Source: Vitrella brassicaformis CCMP3155 (lineage: Eukaryota; Protista; Chromerida). Taken from it: a stretch of DNA of 64,000 nt. Shown in pieces: positions 1 through 11,050 of the stretch; within the stretch, counting starts at the first letter, position 1, and each line of letters starts with the position of its first letter. A program made the translations under genes and the position numbers. Below the pieces are notes generated by a model, which was not told the origin of the DNA, made no database searches, and saw only the letters and a program-made list of their open reading frames with translations. The stretch spans positions 1 through 64,000 of the forward strand of contig CDMY01000440.1 of NCBI GenBank assembly GCA_001179505.1, given 5' to 3'.

Positions 1-1013
1 GCGACATGATCAGCGGCAGGCCAGTCGACGGCGTCAGCTTGTAGATGTCAGCCAGCCGGATGAAGTCGGGCCACTCACACCACACCGCCCCGCCATGCTC
101 GAGGGCATAGCAGCACTGGCACAGGTAACCGAAGTGCGACACATGAGGGCCGCCACCACCAGCAGCGGCCGGTGCGTCACTGCTGCTGCTGGTGGTGGTC
201 GGAGGGGCAGGGGTGGGCGCCGCGGCATTGGCTGTGTCTGCTGCTGTCCGGTGCACGTCGATGAGGCCGGTGAGGTTGGTGTCCGTGAGGTGCTTGTCAA
301 TTTGACGCTGCACGAAGGCCTCATTGACGAGTTGGCTGCCGTGTGCCCTGCTGATGGGGCGGGCCGAGCAGACGGCCTCATCGATGGGCAGGCACGGGTA
401 GATGACGTCGCGGCAGACATCAGGCGGCAGGCCGTCGGCCGAGTCGGCGGGCGGGCCCAGCCGATGGGCCGAATGGTGCCCTTGACGCCATCCTCGACGT
501 CGCCCAGCGCATCTTTAGCCGACGAGAGAGCGGCGAAGACGTTCACCCACTTATCGGCGAGAAAGGGCGTCTGCACCAAACACACACACAGACAACCAGA
601 GAGAGTGACAGCTGCAGTGCTCTCGTGTGTGTGTGTGTGTGTGTGCGGTTGACCTGTGCGGCGACTGTGGTGTTGAAGAGCTGTTGCACACCGGCAGCCT
701 CTCGTGAAACCTGCAAGTACCGCACACACACACAGTGGATGAGAGCACACCAGCAGTGAGGCCATTGGGCCTCTCATGCGCCACGTGTCTGATCTATGTG
801 TGTGTGCAGCGATGCGATGCGCCCTTCCAGACGAACCAAACCCTCACTGATGGACTGAAACACACACACACAATCAGTGATGGCCGTGTGTGCGCTCTCT
901 CGAGTGAATGCGTTCGCTTCTCATTTGCTCACCGGTGTGCCGCCTGTCTGAGCTGACGCAGCAGAGTCGCCATCCTGTTGTGTGCCGAGTCGCCGCTCTC
1001 CTTCAACACTCAT
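1..1013 (-). CDS. Family X copy 1 (type A N-terminus). Uncharacterised NLS + F-box-like protein, 3' part runs off the window start.
   Basis: Exon 1 MSVEGERRLGTQQDGDSAASAQTGGTP starts at ATG 1013. Later exons SISEGLVRLEGRIASLHTHIDQ, VSREAAGVQQLFNTTVAAQ and TPFLADKWVNVFAALSSAKDAL... match copies at 6075-7865 and 41717-43471. The exon-2 donor reads AC instead of GC, so this copy may be defective. Confidence 0.75.
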
Positions 1014-1031
1014 GCTCAAACGACACGGAGG

Positions 1032-1045
1032 AGGGTTTAGGGTTT
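1032..1045. promoter_or_regulatory. Telomere-repeat box (AGGGTTTAGGGTTT) in the bidirectional promoter between family X and alveolin
   Basis: Two TTTAGGG-register units, 19 bp upstream of ATG 1013 (-) and ~130 bp upstream of ATG 1178 (+). Function is inferred. Confidence 0.55.
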
Positions 1046-1177
1046 GGTGATCGTCGAGACCTTTTCCCTTCCCCAAACTCTCTGAGCGTTTCGGAAGTTT
1101 GAGCCCGTTTGTGTTGCTACCCCAGCATCAATCAACGTACCGCGCCCCGCCCCTCATTCAGCTGACTTGACTTCATC

Positions 1178-4121
1178 ATGAGCGGCCCGGCCCCATCCGG
1201 CTCATCCCCTCTGGCAGCGGCCTTTCAGGCCGCCAGCGAACCGGTCAGTGTGCGGGACGCACTGGCCATGGGCGGACAGCAGCAACAAGGTGAGCCAACT
1301 GGAGAGGGGGGGGAGGCGGCAAGGGCAGAGACACATACACGAGAGTCAGAAGGGGGGGACCCTTCTTGGGGAAATGGGGCTGAGGGGCTCTGTGTTATGT
1401 CTATCGTCTCGTCAGGTGGTGAGGGGGAGATGACACAGTCCCAGCTCATACGCCTCGGACGGACCACTCCCGCCGGCTCCATCCAGACCGGCACACAAAG
1501 GGTCAGTCAGCAGCCAGTCAGTCAGTCAGTCAGGAGGGAGGGAGGGAGGGAGGGAGGGAGACATGGAGTGGGGCAGCAGAGAGAGCCCAGAGGGGCATCC
1601 CATGTGAGCATGTGTCCATCCTGTGTCTTGTTGTGTGTTGTCTGTCTGTCGTCAGATTGAGGTGGAGGTGCCCGTCTACACCGACGTGCACTACGGGGAC
1701 GTCGTGGCCGAGCGTACGGTGCCGCTGCACATGCAGAAGATCGTCCCCAAGCCCGAGGTCCATGAGGTGGTCCGCCAGGTGCCCGAGCTGAGTCACTCGT
1801 GGATCGAGCGCCAAGTGGAGGTGCCCGTCATCCAACACGTCGAACGAATCGTCGAGGTACGTCTGACACCCACCCTACACATATGACACACACGAGAAGG
1901 GACACACGAGTGGATGGTGTGCCTTTGGTGTTGCGTGCAGGTGCCCCAGGTGCAGGTGGTCAACAAGTATGTGCCCAAGGTCGAAGTCAAAACCATCGTA
2001 AGCTGCCAGCTCCATGCAGGGGACACACAGACAGCCACAAGGGAGACATGGCCTGTGTTTGTCTGTGTGTGTTGTGTGCAGGAGCGTGTGGTGCCCAAGA
2101 CGGTGGTCAAGACGGTCGATCGTGTGGAGGAGGTGCCCGTCGTCCAATACAAAGACAAAATCGTCGAGGTTATACCCACGCCAAAGCGGCCGTCACATAG
2201 CGCTGCGATCGATGCCATGACATTCCCCTCTCTGTCTCTGTGTGTGTGTGTCTTGGTGCAGGTGCCCCATGTGGTGGAGGTCATCAAGGAGGTCCCCAAA
2301 CCAGTGTCCGTCGAAGTAACCTAGACACACACGCATACACACAGACAGACACGCTGACCATACATCGATTCCTGCCTGTCTGCCTGTCCGCAGGTACAGG
2401 TGCCGGTGATCAAGTATGTGCCCAAGGTGGAGGTCAAGACCATCGAGCGGATTGAGCACGTGCCGGTGCCCCAGTACGTGGACGTGCCGGTGCCGGTCAT
2501 CAAACAAGTCCCCAAAATCATCACCGAAGAACGAGTACACACACACATGAAAGACCACACACACCACACAGACCACTTCGGTGCGTGTGTGCAGGTGGTG
2601 GACGTGGAGGTGCCGGGTCCCGTCATCGAAGTTTGGCGGGAGGTGCCCGTCGAACGGTACCCACACACACACACACACATCCATCCATCCACTGTGTGTG
2701 TGATGCTGTCTGTGTCGTTGATGGTGCTGTCAGGGAGGAGGTCATCGAGCGGGAGGTGGAAGTCGTCAAGTCAGTGTGCAGACGACACACACACGAGTGC
2801 ACTGATTGAAGGTCTCTGTGTGTGTGCCTTCAGGTACGTCGACGTGCCGAAGCCGTATGAGGTGCCGGTCTACGATTACAAACACAACAAATACCCCGTG
2901 GTCAGCACACTCACCCACACACACATGGGGCGCACCACACGCCTCTCTGCCTCCCTCCCCTCCCACCATGTGTGTCTCTGTCTGTCTGTGTAGGAGATTC
3001 CTCACGAGAAGACCACGACGCTGCCGCCCGGCCCCACCAATTTTGTCATTCCGTCGATCATCAAGGGCAACTTCACTTTTGACATACCGCCCGGTAAACA
3101 GCCAATTGGCTCGCCCACACCGCAGCCATCCCTCCCGGCCACCGGTCTGTGTGTCTGTCTGTCTGTCTGTCTGTCTGCAGGGATGAGAATCACCCGGGAA
3201 GAGCTGGTGCATTACGTCCGGGCCACCAAGGGCATCGACCTCAATCAGTGCAAGGAAATCGCCCCGCCAATGCCGCTGCCCGAGGGGACCGGTCAGCCAC
3301 ACACACAAAACACACGTGTCCATAATGATCCCCTTTTTCGTGTCTGTGTGCAGCGCCCACGTCTATAGAGGCCCATTTCGAGAATGAGCCGCTCCCCGAG
3401 TACGTCAAGAACGCCAAGCCGTGGCCGGTGGATGAGTGGGGTCCCCTGCCAGACCCCAGCCAGATGCAGGACGGCCACAGCTGGACCGGCCCGCCCGTCA
3501 AGGTGGGCGAGCCCATCAAGACCACACTGCAGGGGCCGCCCCAGGGATGGATCCCCAACCAGCACCAACTCAAGATCGTACGCGACACACAGACACACAT
3601 GAGACACAGCGAGGCATGAGAGACACGAGTGCATTCCATTCCCTCTCTCTCTTTGTGTAGATGGCCGAGCACAAGTTGACCCCGGAGCAGTGCGGCTACC
3701 AGGGGCCGCCCATCAACATGCCCGTGAGTGACACACAACATCACACAACACAGCAGACAGACAGACAGGCAGATGTCGCCTCCCATGTGCACTCATTGCT
3801 GTGCCTCTTCCCGTCTGTCTGTCTGTCTGTCTGTGTGCAGATGCTGATGGCGCCCCCGCCGCCCTTCCCTGGTGCTGGTCGTCCGGTTGCGCCACCTCCC
3901 GCCGCCCCTGCCGGCCCTCCCGTGGTGACGATGATGCGGCCGCAAATGGTGCCACCCCCGCCCGCACACATGATCGCACCCAAGAAGAAATGTAAGAGAC
4001 CACCCGGGGTCGGCTGTGCTGTGCTGCAACGTAATCTGATGTGTTGTGGTGGTGGTCAGCATCAACGAAGAAGTCGTGCGGGGTTGGGTTCTTCGGCTGG
4101 TTCACCGGCTCCAAGAAATGA
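1178..4121 (+). CDS. Alveolin / inner membrane complex (IMC1-family) protein, multi-exon
   Basis: Repeated V/E/K/P-rich motifs: IEVEVPV, EVVRQVPE, KYVPKVEVKTIERIEHVPVPQYVDVPVPVIKQVPKII, YVDVPKPYEVPVY. Proline-rich tail and last exon SSTKKSCGVGFFGWFTGSKK* (TGA 4119-4121). Canonical GT-AG introns filled with CA/GT repeats. Confidence 0.88.
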
Positions 4122-5244
4122 ACCAAGTAAGCGGCTGACCATGCAGCCACACCAGATAGACACACACCCCTACTCGTGCTGTACACACACTATCTGTCTG
4201 TCTCTCTGTCTGTCTGTCTGTCTGTCTGATTGCCTGGTGGTCAGCCAACGCATCTCGAGCCCCCCATACCACGCGGGCGGCATCACCACACACACACGGG
4301 GGGCCGATGTCTGCGTATATGTCAGTCTATGGTCGCACATGTGCAGTGTGATTTGGGCCGTAAGTATGTCGTCCTCTATGGGCCGGAGAGACACTCACAC
4401 ACTCTTGCTCTGCCCTCGATTGCTAGGCCAATTCTCAACACTCTCTGTCTGTCTGTCTGTCTGTCTGTCATGGTTCCTTGATTGCTGGGGACTTTGTGTG
4501 TGCGGCCATGCCAAAGTGAGCCGCCACACCGCCCATTCGCTCGTGCGTGCGATAATGGCTGCCCTGTATTTGTCTCTTCCTCTTGTCTGTCTGTCTGGGT
4601 GGGTCTCTCAAATCACAACACATCTCATCATACCGCTTCGAGCACTGTCCTCTTGGGGGTTTTTCGGGCTTGGTTTGCTTCCTCGAATGATCGCCTGCCT
4701 GCCTGAGTTAGCCACACACGACATCACACCGCACATCATTCACACACTGTCCTCTTGGTTGGGGGTTCTGGGCTTGATTTGTTTTGCTCGATGGATTGCT
4801 GGGTTTCCATAGAGTGCGTGGGCCATTGCCAAAGTGGGCCCTCACCAACCAATGCACTGCAGCTGACATGACTGACTGACTGGCCTGTGTCTCTTCCCTC
4901 TCCCAAACCACACACCAGCAGACAGACAGACAGACAAACAGACAGAGACGGACAAAGACATAGAGTTTTCAAAAAGAGGGAGAGGAGCAGAAGTGCATGG
5001 GATGGACGCAGAATGGACTCGCGAGCAGAGCGCAACGAGACAGACCAATACATCAACGGAATGGACGAAAGATGGTTGTTGATCAAAGGCATGTATCTCC
5101 GGTTGTCGGTGGATCGATCGATAGCGATTTGCATGGGGCGGGGATCGATCGTGCTCATTTGTACGAGTGACGACAGGCACACACAGTTGTAAGCCATGCA
5201 CGACTACCAAGTCGGGAATGAAAGAACACTGAAGACGCACAACT

Positions 5245-6070
5245 GGCGGATCAGCTGGGAGGGTTTGTGTGCAGACATGAACCATGGTGCGACCATCTTC
5301 ATGATTGAGGACTGACTGCGTGTTGTTGCTGCCACATTCTCACGCACCATCTTTTTATCCCTTGGCCACCCGAATCCCACGCCCATAATGCCATTCAGTC
5401 GCCGGTCAGTCAGCCAGGCAGGCAGTCAGCCAGAGAGACAGAGAAGGAAAGACAGTCGTGGATGCATTGGGCCTTCACAGCTGTGGCGCAATTGCAACGC
5501 AACACAGACATGACGAATCCTAGGCTGCTCCATTGCCTTCCCTCTAGTTTGATTGACGCATGGCAGCAGCTGCTGCGATTGGCATGGCTTTTGCCGCCGG
5601 TGTGGCGACTCGTCACTTGCTCTACAGACAGTGAAGTGGCCGGTAGTCGTTGTGTCATCTGTTCTGATGTGGTGCGTGTGGGGGAGGGGGGGGGTGCGAG
5701 TGCGTTTATATGTGTGTGTTACTGAGTTGGTGGACACAGTTTGGTTGGATGTATGTGAATTCGCCCGCTGTAAGTCAGTGCAATTCACACATACGAACAT
5801 GAACACACGTATACACGTATCATGGGACTTTCCTGCAGCGACACCGCGCCCCTCCAGCCCATCTACTCACACGTCGCTGCAAGTGGGCCCTCCGCCGCAG
5901 CTAAGCGAACAGCACAACTCGATGCTGCCAGGTTCTTCACTGTCTACGAATCAACTCACCTAAACATACACACAGACACACAGAGACGCACCAATGTCAT
6001 CGAGGCACTCATTGCGTGCATCTTGTGTGTATGTCTCTTTCGCGCTGTGGCTCACTTGCATTGTCTCCTC
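5245..6070. repeat. Duplicated non-coding block downstream of family X genes; second copy at ~11491-12385
   Basis: Long shared stretches in both copies, e.g. ggtgcgaccatcttcatgattgaggactgactgc, cctaggctgctccattgccttccctctagtttgattgacgcatggcagcagctgctgcgattggcatggc and aattcgcccgctgtaagtcagtgcaattcacacatacgaacatgaacacacgt. Confidence 0.9.
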
Positions 6071-6074
6071 TCCG

Positions 6075-7865
6075 CTACTGTGGTATGATGTGGGCGAGTC
6101 GGTGTTTCGTGAGGAGAGAGCGGGCGAGCTGCATCGCGGTGGGATAGCGGTCGGAGAGCCGCGTGTGGCCCTCGAGCTCCGCCTCGGTGGTGTAGAGGTT
6201 GATGATGCCACCGTACAGGTCCAGGTAGGCGGCGACGGTGCCATCCTCCTTCATGCCCTTGAGGATGATGAGTCGCCGCTGCCCGTCATTCGTCTCCCTG
6301 ATGAAGTCGATGGTGGTGTGGCCGTCTATGGGACCGGTCAGCAGTCGCTGATACCGCTCATCGGCCTCATCCACTTCCGCCTCGAATACCTCCTTCTCGT
6401 CCACCCCCTCTTGGTGATACCAGGACCACAACACCATCCACTTCATGAAGGCCGTGAATGAGGGGAAGAGGGAGCCAACGAAGCGGATGGGCGGGTTGTG
6501 AAGGTCGTATGTGTGGCGGTAGGGATGGCGGGGAGGGAGGGCGGACTTGGGCACCGTCTCGAACTCCCACTGGCGCTGGCCGCTTCCAATGCGATAGCGG
6601 TGCCGCGTCACCCCACCGTCCCCCTCTCCGTCCCCCCCCTCGGCATCCTTCTTGCCCTTCTTGCCCTCATCGCCATCATCGGCCTCATATATTACCACCT
6701 TTGTGAGCGCCAGGCTGGTGCCCTGGTAGTTGAGGAGGTGGCCGAATGTGCTGTACTGGCGAAGGGCGAGGGGCATGGTGTGGAAGTGGGCCTTGGTGGG
6801 CAGGTGGGCCGCCATCCACTGAGGCGACATGATCAGGGGCAGACCAGTCGAGGGCGTCAGGTTGTAGATGTCAGCCAGCCGGATGAAGCCGGGCCACTCA
6901 CACCACACCGCCCCGCCATGCTCCAGTGCATAGCAGCACTGGGACAGATAACCGAAGTGCGACACATGAGGGCCACCAGCAGCAGCTGCAGGGGCCGGTG
7001 CGTCACTGCTGCTGCTGCTGGTGGTCGGAGGGGCAGGGGTGGGCGCCGCGGCATTGGCTGTGTCTGCTGCTGTCCGGTGGACGTCGATGAGGCCGGTCAG
7101 CGAGTGGCGGCTGAGGTGCTTGGCGATGCGACGCTGCACAAAGGCCTCATTGACGAGTTGGCTGCCGTGTGCCCTGCTGATGGGCCGGGCCGAGCAGACG
7201 GCCTCATCGATCGGCAGGCACTGGTAGATGACATCGCGGCAGACATCAGGCGGCAGGCCGTCGGCCGAGTCGGCGGGCGGGGACGGCTTGGCCCAGCCGA
7301 TGGGCCGAATGGTGCCCTTGACGCCACCCTCGACGTCGCTGAGCGCATCTTTAGCCGACGAGAGAGCGGCGAAGAAGCTGAGCCACTTATCGCCGAGAAA
7401 TGGCGTCTGCACCAAACACACAGACAGACAACCAGGGAGAGAGGGATGGCTGGAGTGCTCTCGTGTGAGTGTGTGTGTGGTTGACCTGTGCGGCGACTGT
7501 GGTGTTGAAGAGCTGCTGCACACCGGCAGCCTCTCGAGCGACCTGCAGCCACCGCACACACACACACACAGTGGATGAGAGCACACCAGCAGTGAGGCCA
7601 TTGGGCCTCTCATGCGCCACTTGCCTGTTCTATGTGTGTGTGCAGCGATGCGATGCGCTCCTCCAGACGAACCAAACCCTCACTGATGGACTGCAATACA
7701 CACACACAGACACTCACAGTCAGCACGATGAATGGACGTGTGTGCGCTCTTTCGAGTGAATGCGTTCGCTTCTCGGATGCTCACCGGTGTGCCGCCCGTC
7801 TGAGCTGAAGCGACAGATTCAGCACCTTGTGTGCGGGGACGCTTCGGCTCTCCTTCAACACTCAT
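6075..7865 (-). CDS. Family X copy 2 (type A), apparently intact, 4 exons
   Basis: Exon 1 MSVEGEPKRPRTQGAESVASAQTGGTP. Exon 2 ends in a CAG|GCAAGT donor. The long last exon contains LPPDVCRDVIYQCLPIDEAVCSARPIS, EHGGAVWCEWPGFIRLADIY, HTMPLALRQYSTFGHLLNY, YDLHNPPIRF..FPSFTAFM and RLLTGPIDGHTTIDF. Confidence 0.85.
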
Positions 7866-8180
7866 GCGGACAACCAGAGCTACTGCCAGTCAGAGAATAG
7901 TAGGAGGGAATGGAATGCACTGGCGATGCAGCTAAGCTCGATGAATAGTAGAAGCTCGCAATTAAGCTCGCAATCACGCAATGAGTGAAAAGGAGAAAAC
8001 CAATCTGCGAGCGTTTCGGAATTTTGACCACTCCGCGTCTGCTTCGATGGCCACCTGGCGTCCCTTTTGCAATGCGGGAAATCGTGACGAGATCTCGACG
8101 AGACGGGAAAAGGAATTTACAATAGAAATGCTCCCCCCTTTCCCACATCAATCAGTCCATCTGCCGTCAGGTACCACACC

Positions 8181-8200
8181 ATGAGCGGCCCGCCGCCGGC
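8181..8200 (+). repeat. Remnant of the alveolin start (atgagcggcccg) with duplicated promoter, facing away from family X copy 2
   Basis: atgagcggccc at 8181 matches 1178. Upstream gagcgtttcggaa (~8009) and catcaatca (~8146) match the 1085-1135 intergenic region. The frame stops soon after. Confidence 0.6.
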
Positions 8201-8424
8201 AGAAGTGACCTGCTTGAAAGGGAGGAGGCAAAAGAAACACGGGTGACCGGGTGGCGTCAGACTCTCCCGCTGAACAAGTGTCGTGTACTTCGGTTTCCAC
8301 CGAAGCGCACAGAGTACCTGCAAGAGGCAATGGAAGCGAAGGTGAGTGATGTCCGACGGCAGTCTGAGATAAATCGATGGATGGTCACATGATGGTGGTG
8401 TGGTGTTTATGTATGTCTGCAGGA

Positions 8425-8871
8425 TCCGTCCTTTTCCCCAATGGGGCGGCGCTCGCGGGCGCTACGAGGACTACCTCTTCCCCTCATTCACGGCCTTCAT
8501 GAGGAGGCTGATCTTGACGCAGTGGTTTGACCAAGAGGGCTTGGGACATAAGCTGGTATTTCAGGCGAGACCGGGCCCTGGCGGTGAGGACTATCGGCGA
8601 CTGCTGTCCCGTGACATCGACGGCCACGCCACCACCACCGACCTCATCAGGGAGGGGATAGATGACGAACGTCACATCATCCTCAAGGGCACGAAAGAAG
8701 GGCGACACCGTCGTCGCCCACCTGAGCCTGTACAAACGCTCGTACAGAAACTCGGAGCTGTTCCTCTTCACGAGCGAGGCGGAGATCGAGGGTCAGGAGA
8801 GGCTGGACGATCGATATCCCATCGCCATGCCATTGGCCCGCCGCCTGCTGACCAATCTCATATCACGGTAG
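8425..8871 (+). pseudogene. Family X C-terminal fragment with a frameshift
   Basis: RYEDYLFPSFTAFMRR...RLLSRDIDGHATTTDLIRE..IILKGTKEG continues in another frame as DTVVAHLSLY..LFTSEAEIEGQERLDDRYPIAMPLARRLLT. There is an extra G at ~8700 and no N-terminal half. Confidence 0.8.
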
Positions 8872-9149
8872 AGGAGATCACACAACACATGTTGGGGTAC
8901 TCCATTCCATTCCTGTCCCTCTCCCTCTCCCTCTCTCACACGCATACAGAAGAAGGAGGCGTTGGTGGGGGGTTTGCGTGAGGGCCATGCCCGTGAGGTG
9001 GCCGGCCTGCAGGCACGCCGCGACGCCGGGACCACGGCCAGGTGTGCGACGGAGATGCGCCTGCGAGCGGCGGTCCCCCTCGCCTCGGCATTCGCCCAGT
9101 CCCGGCCCTCCAATCACCCCGCAAGAGTACGGGAGGCGCTGGGAGGCCA

Positions 9150-9225
9150 CACAGAACAGACAGCCACAAGGAGGCACGGCGCCGGCGTGTGTGTGTTGTG
9201 TGCAGGAGCGTGTGGTGCCCATGCA
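9150..9225 (+). repeat. Copied alveolin intron/exon junction (donor region 2020-2100)
   Basis: acagacagccacaagg...tgtgtgtgttgtgtgcaggagcgtgtggtgccca is shared with 2025-2097. Confidence 0.75.
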
Positions 9226-9606
9226 GGTCGGCGGGCCAACGATGGAAGGTGCGCGTCGCTCAATCGCTCACACACACGCTTATACATCCCGTATCTGTCT
9301 GTCCATACAAGCAGGCTCATGCCAACCAACAGGGGGAGGTCATGATCAGTTTGGAGTCAAGTTTCGACTTCTCCTACCTTCTCCCCAGTGCACACTCACA
9401 GCAAGTATACAGGTATGTACCCACCCCACCATTGTGCGGATTGTGTGGATTTCATTGATTGTCTGCCTCGTTTCGTGCAGCCCGCCACTTGACATGACGT
9501 CTCCCTCGTTGTCACTCGTTGTTCGTGGTGCGGCAGGAAGCCCCACCAGTACGCCAACAGCTCCCCGAATGATCAGAAACTCTCTTTGGGCGTCGTGTGT
9601 ATATAG

Positions 9607-9995
9607 GCGAAGAAGGCAGTGGTTGTTGGCGTCAACTACCTCGACACCGCCCTCTCGCTCAAGGGATGCGTTAACGACGCTCTCTGGTGGAAGCACACGC
9701 TTGAGAAGCGTTTTGGCTTTTCAGGGCCGAATGTCCCTCTGCTGGTCGACGACGAAGGCCGACACGAGACGCTCAACATCGTCAAGGCCCCACCCGATTC
9801 TGGCAGAATGCTGACAGACAAGAGAGAGGGAAGAGTGGATGTGCAGGTGCCGATAAGAGACAACATCACGAGGTAAGTCGTATAATGTGACGGAGCTCGT
9901 GTGGATGAGCGATTGTGCCCTTAGGTCTCTGAAATGGTTGACGACGGATGCCAAGCCGAGAGACATCCCGTGCTTTGTCTTCGGCGGAGGCAGAG
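9607..9995 (+). pseudogene. Truncated metacaspase N-terminal (p20 start) remnant, 3 exons
   Basis: AKKAVVVGVNYLDTALSLKGCVNDALWWKHTLEKRFGF...; VPIRDNITRSLKWLTTDAKPRDIPCFVFGGGRG. These match the metacaspase motifs K-A-hhhG-NY, L-GC-ND, PT--NI--A--WL---A-PGD-hhF-FSGHG. The catalytic His is absent and no D-x-C-H-S motif follows. Confidence 0.75.
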
Positions 9996-10147
9996 GTAAG
10001 GGATTCCGGCGGAGCAGCAGCGGTAAGGGATACTACGAGAGTTTTTTCACGTCCGTCCGTCAGGTTGAGTCCACCCCATACGTCCACCCAGTTGCACTGT
10101 GTGTGTGCGGTGCCTGCAGGTCTACTCAGAAACAACTCAGGGGAACG

Positions 10148-10300
10148 TCAGTCAGTCAGTCAGGGGAGGGAGGGAGGGAGGGAGGGAGGGAGGGAGACAT
10201 GGAGTGGGGCAGCAGAGAGAGCCCAGAGGGGCATCCCCTGTGAGCATGTGTCCATCGTGTGTCGTTGTGTATTGCCTGTCGTCAGATTGAGATGAAGGTG
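10148..10300 (+). repeat. Copied alveolin intron 2 and start of exon 3 (donor region ~1520-1670)
   Basis: cagtcagtcagtcag(g)gagggagg...agacatggagtggggcagcagagagagcccagaggggcatccc..tgagcatgtgtccatc...gtcgtcagattgag is nearly identical to the donor region. Confidence 0.85.
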
Positions 10301-10399
10301 CTCCAGGATCAGACCGGGGGTGGACTGGAGGAGGAGCATGTGTCTTACTGTGACCAGCTGAGTGCCGTCGTCGGTCGCTATCTCGCGCAGACCGGCCAG

Positions 10400-11050
10400 A
10401 CACGCTCCCATCGCCGTGCGGCGCCAGTGGGAGGCGGAGACCGCCAAGTAAGACACGCACACACACACAGATCTCAGTCACCCACGTGCAGGCCATGCTG
10501 ATGGGATGGCCTGGGGATGGCTGCTTCCATACTTGTGTATCGCCCATCAGGGGCATCCTGCATGCTATCGAGCAGCGGGCCCACTCAACTGAACCCTCCC
10601 CGGCAGCTGCCGCTTCGACGCTGTCCAAGTCGGCGAGGCGCCGGGCCAAAAAGAAAGCCCGCAAGGCGGCCGTAGCGGCAGCTGGACAGCAAGAAACCTC
10701 AGCCACCGGAGACGCTGACGACGCCCCTGCACCAGCAGCTGCAGCAGGCGCAGGGGTGTCGTCAGCGCCAGCAGAGGTCACTGCTGCCGACCAGGCCTGC
10801 AAACCCGCTGCCGCTTCCCCTGGGGGCGAGGCCGAGGCCCAGGCTGCCCCTGAGATCGTCCCCAAGAGAGGCATGAGCGACATTCACAATTATGTCGTGT
10901 GCATTCAACCTATGTGTCTGTTGTGGTGTGTCGACAGGCCCGACATCGCTGCGTACATTTTATATCTGTCGGACTCCTTGTCGACAACAACAGCACGGCG
11001 TGTTACCGGTGATGAGCAGGACACCCACACACGACGGCCTGCCTGGAGGC
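10400..11050 (+). pseudogene. Remnant of an unidentified Ala-rich protein with a basic motif (TLSKSARRRAKKKARKAA)
   Basis: Coding-like spliced segments APIAVRRQWEAETAK|GILHAIEQRAHSTEPSPAAAASTLSKSARRRAKKKARKAAVAAAG... with an in-frame TGA just upstream and no intact start found. Confidence 0.45.

Noticed and set aside
4890-5200. Coding-looking stretch (RRMDSRAERNETDQYINGMDERWLLIKGMYLRL...) between alveolin and family X copy 2
   Set aside because: No recognisable motif, start or consistent splice chain; could be a small remnant but is unsupported.
8181-8871. Intact novel fusion gene starting at ATG 8181
   Set aside because: The frame terminates after ~21 codons and the downstream family X piece is frameshifted; treated as part of the mosaic instead.
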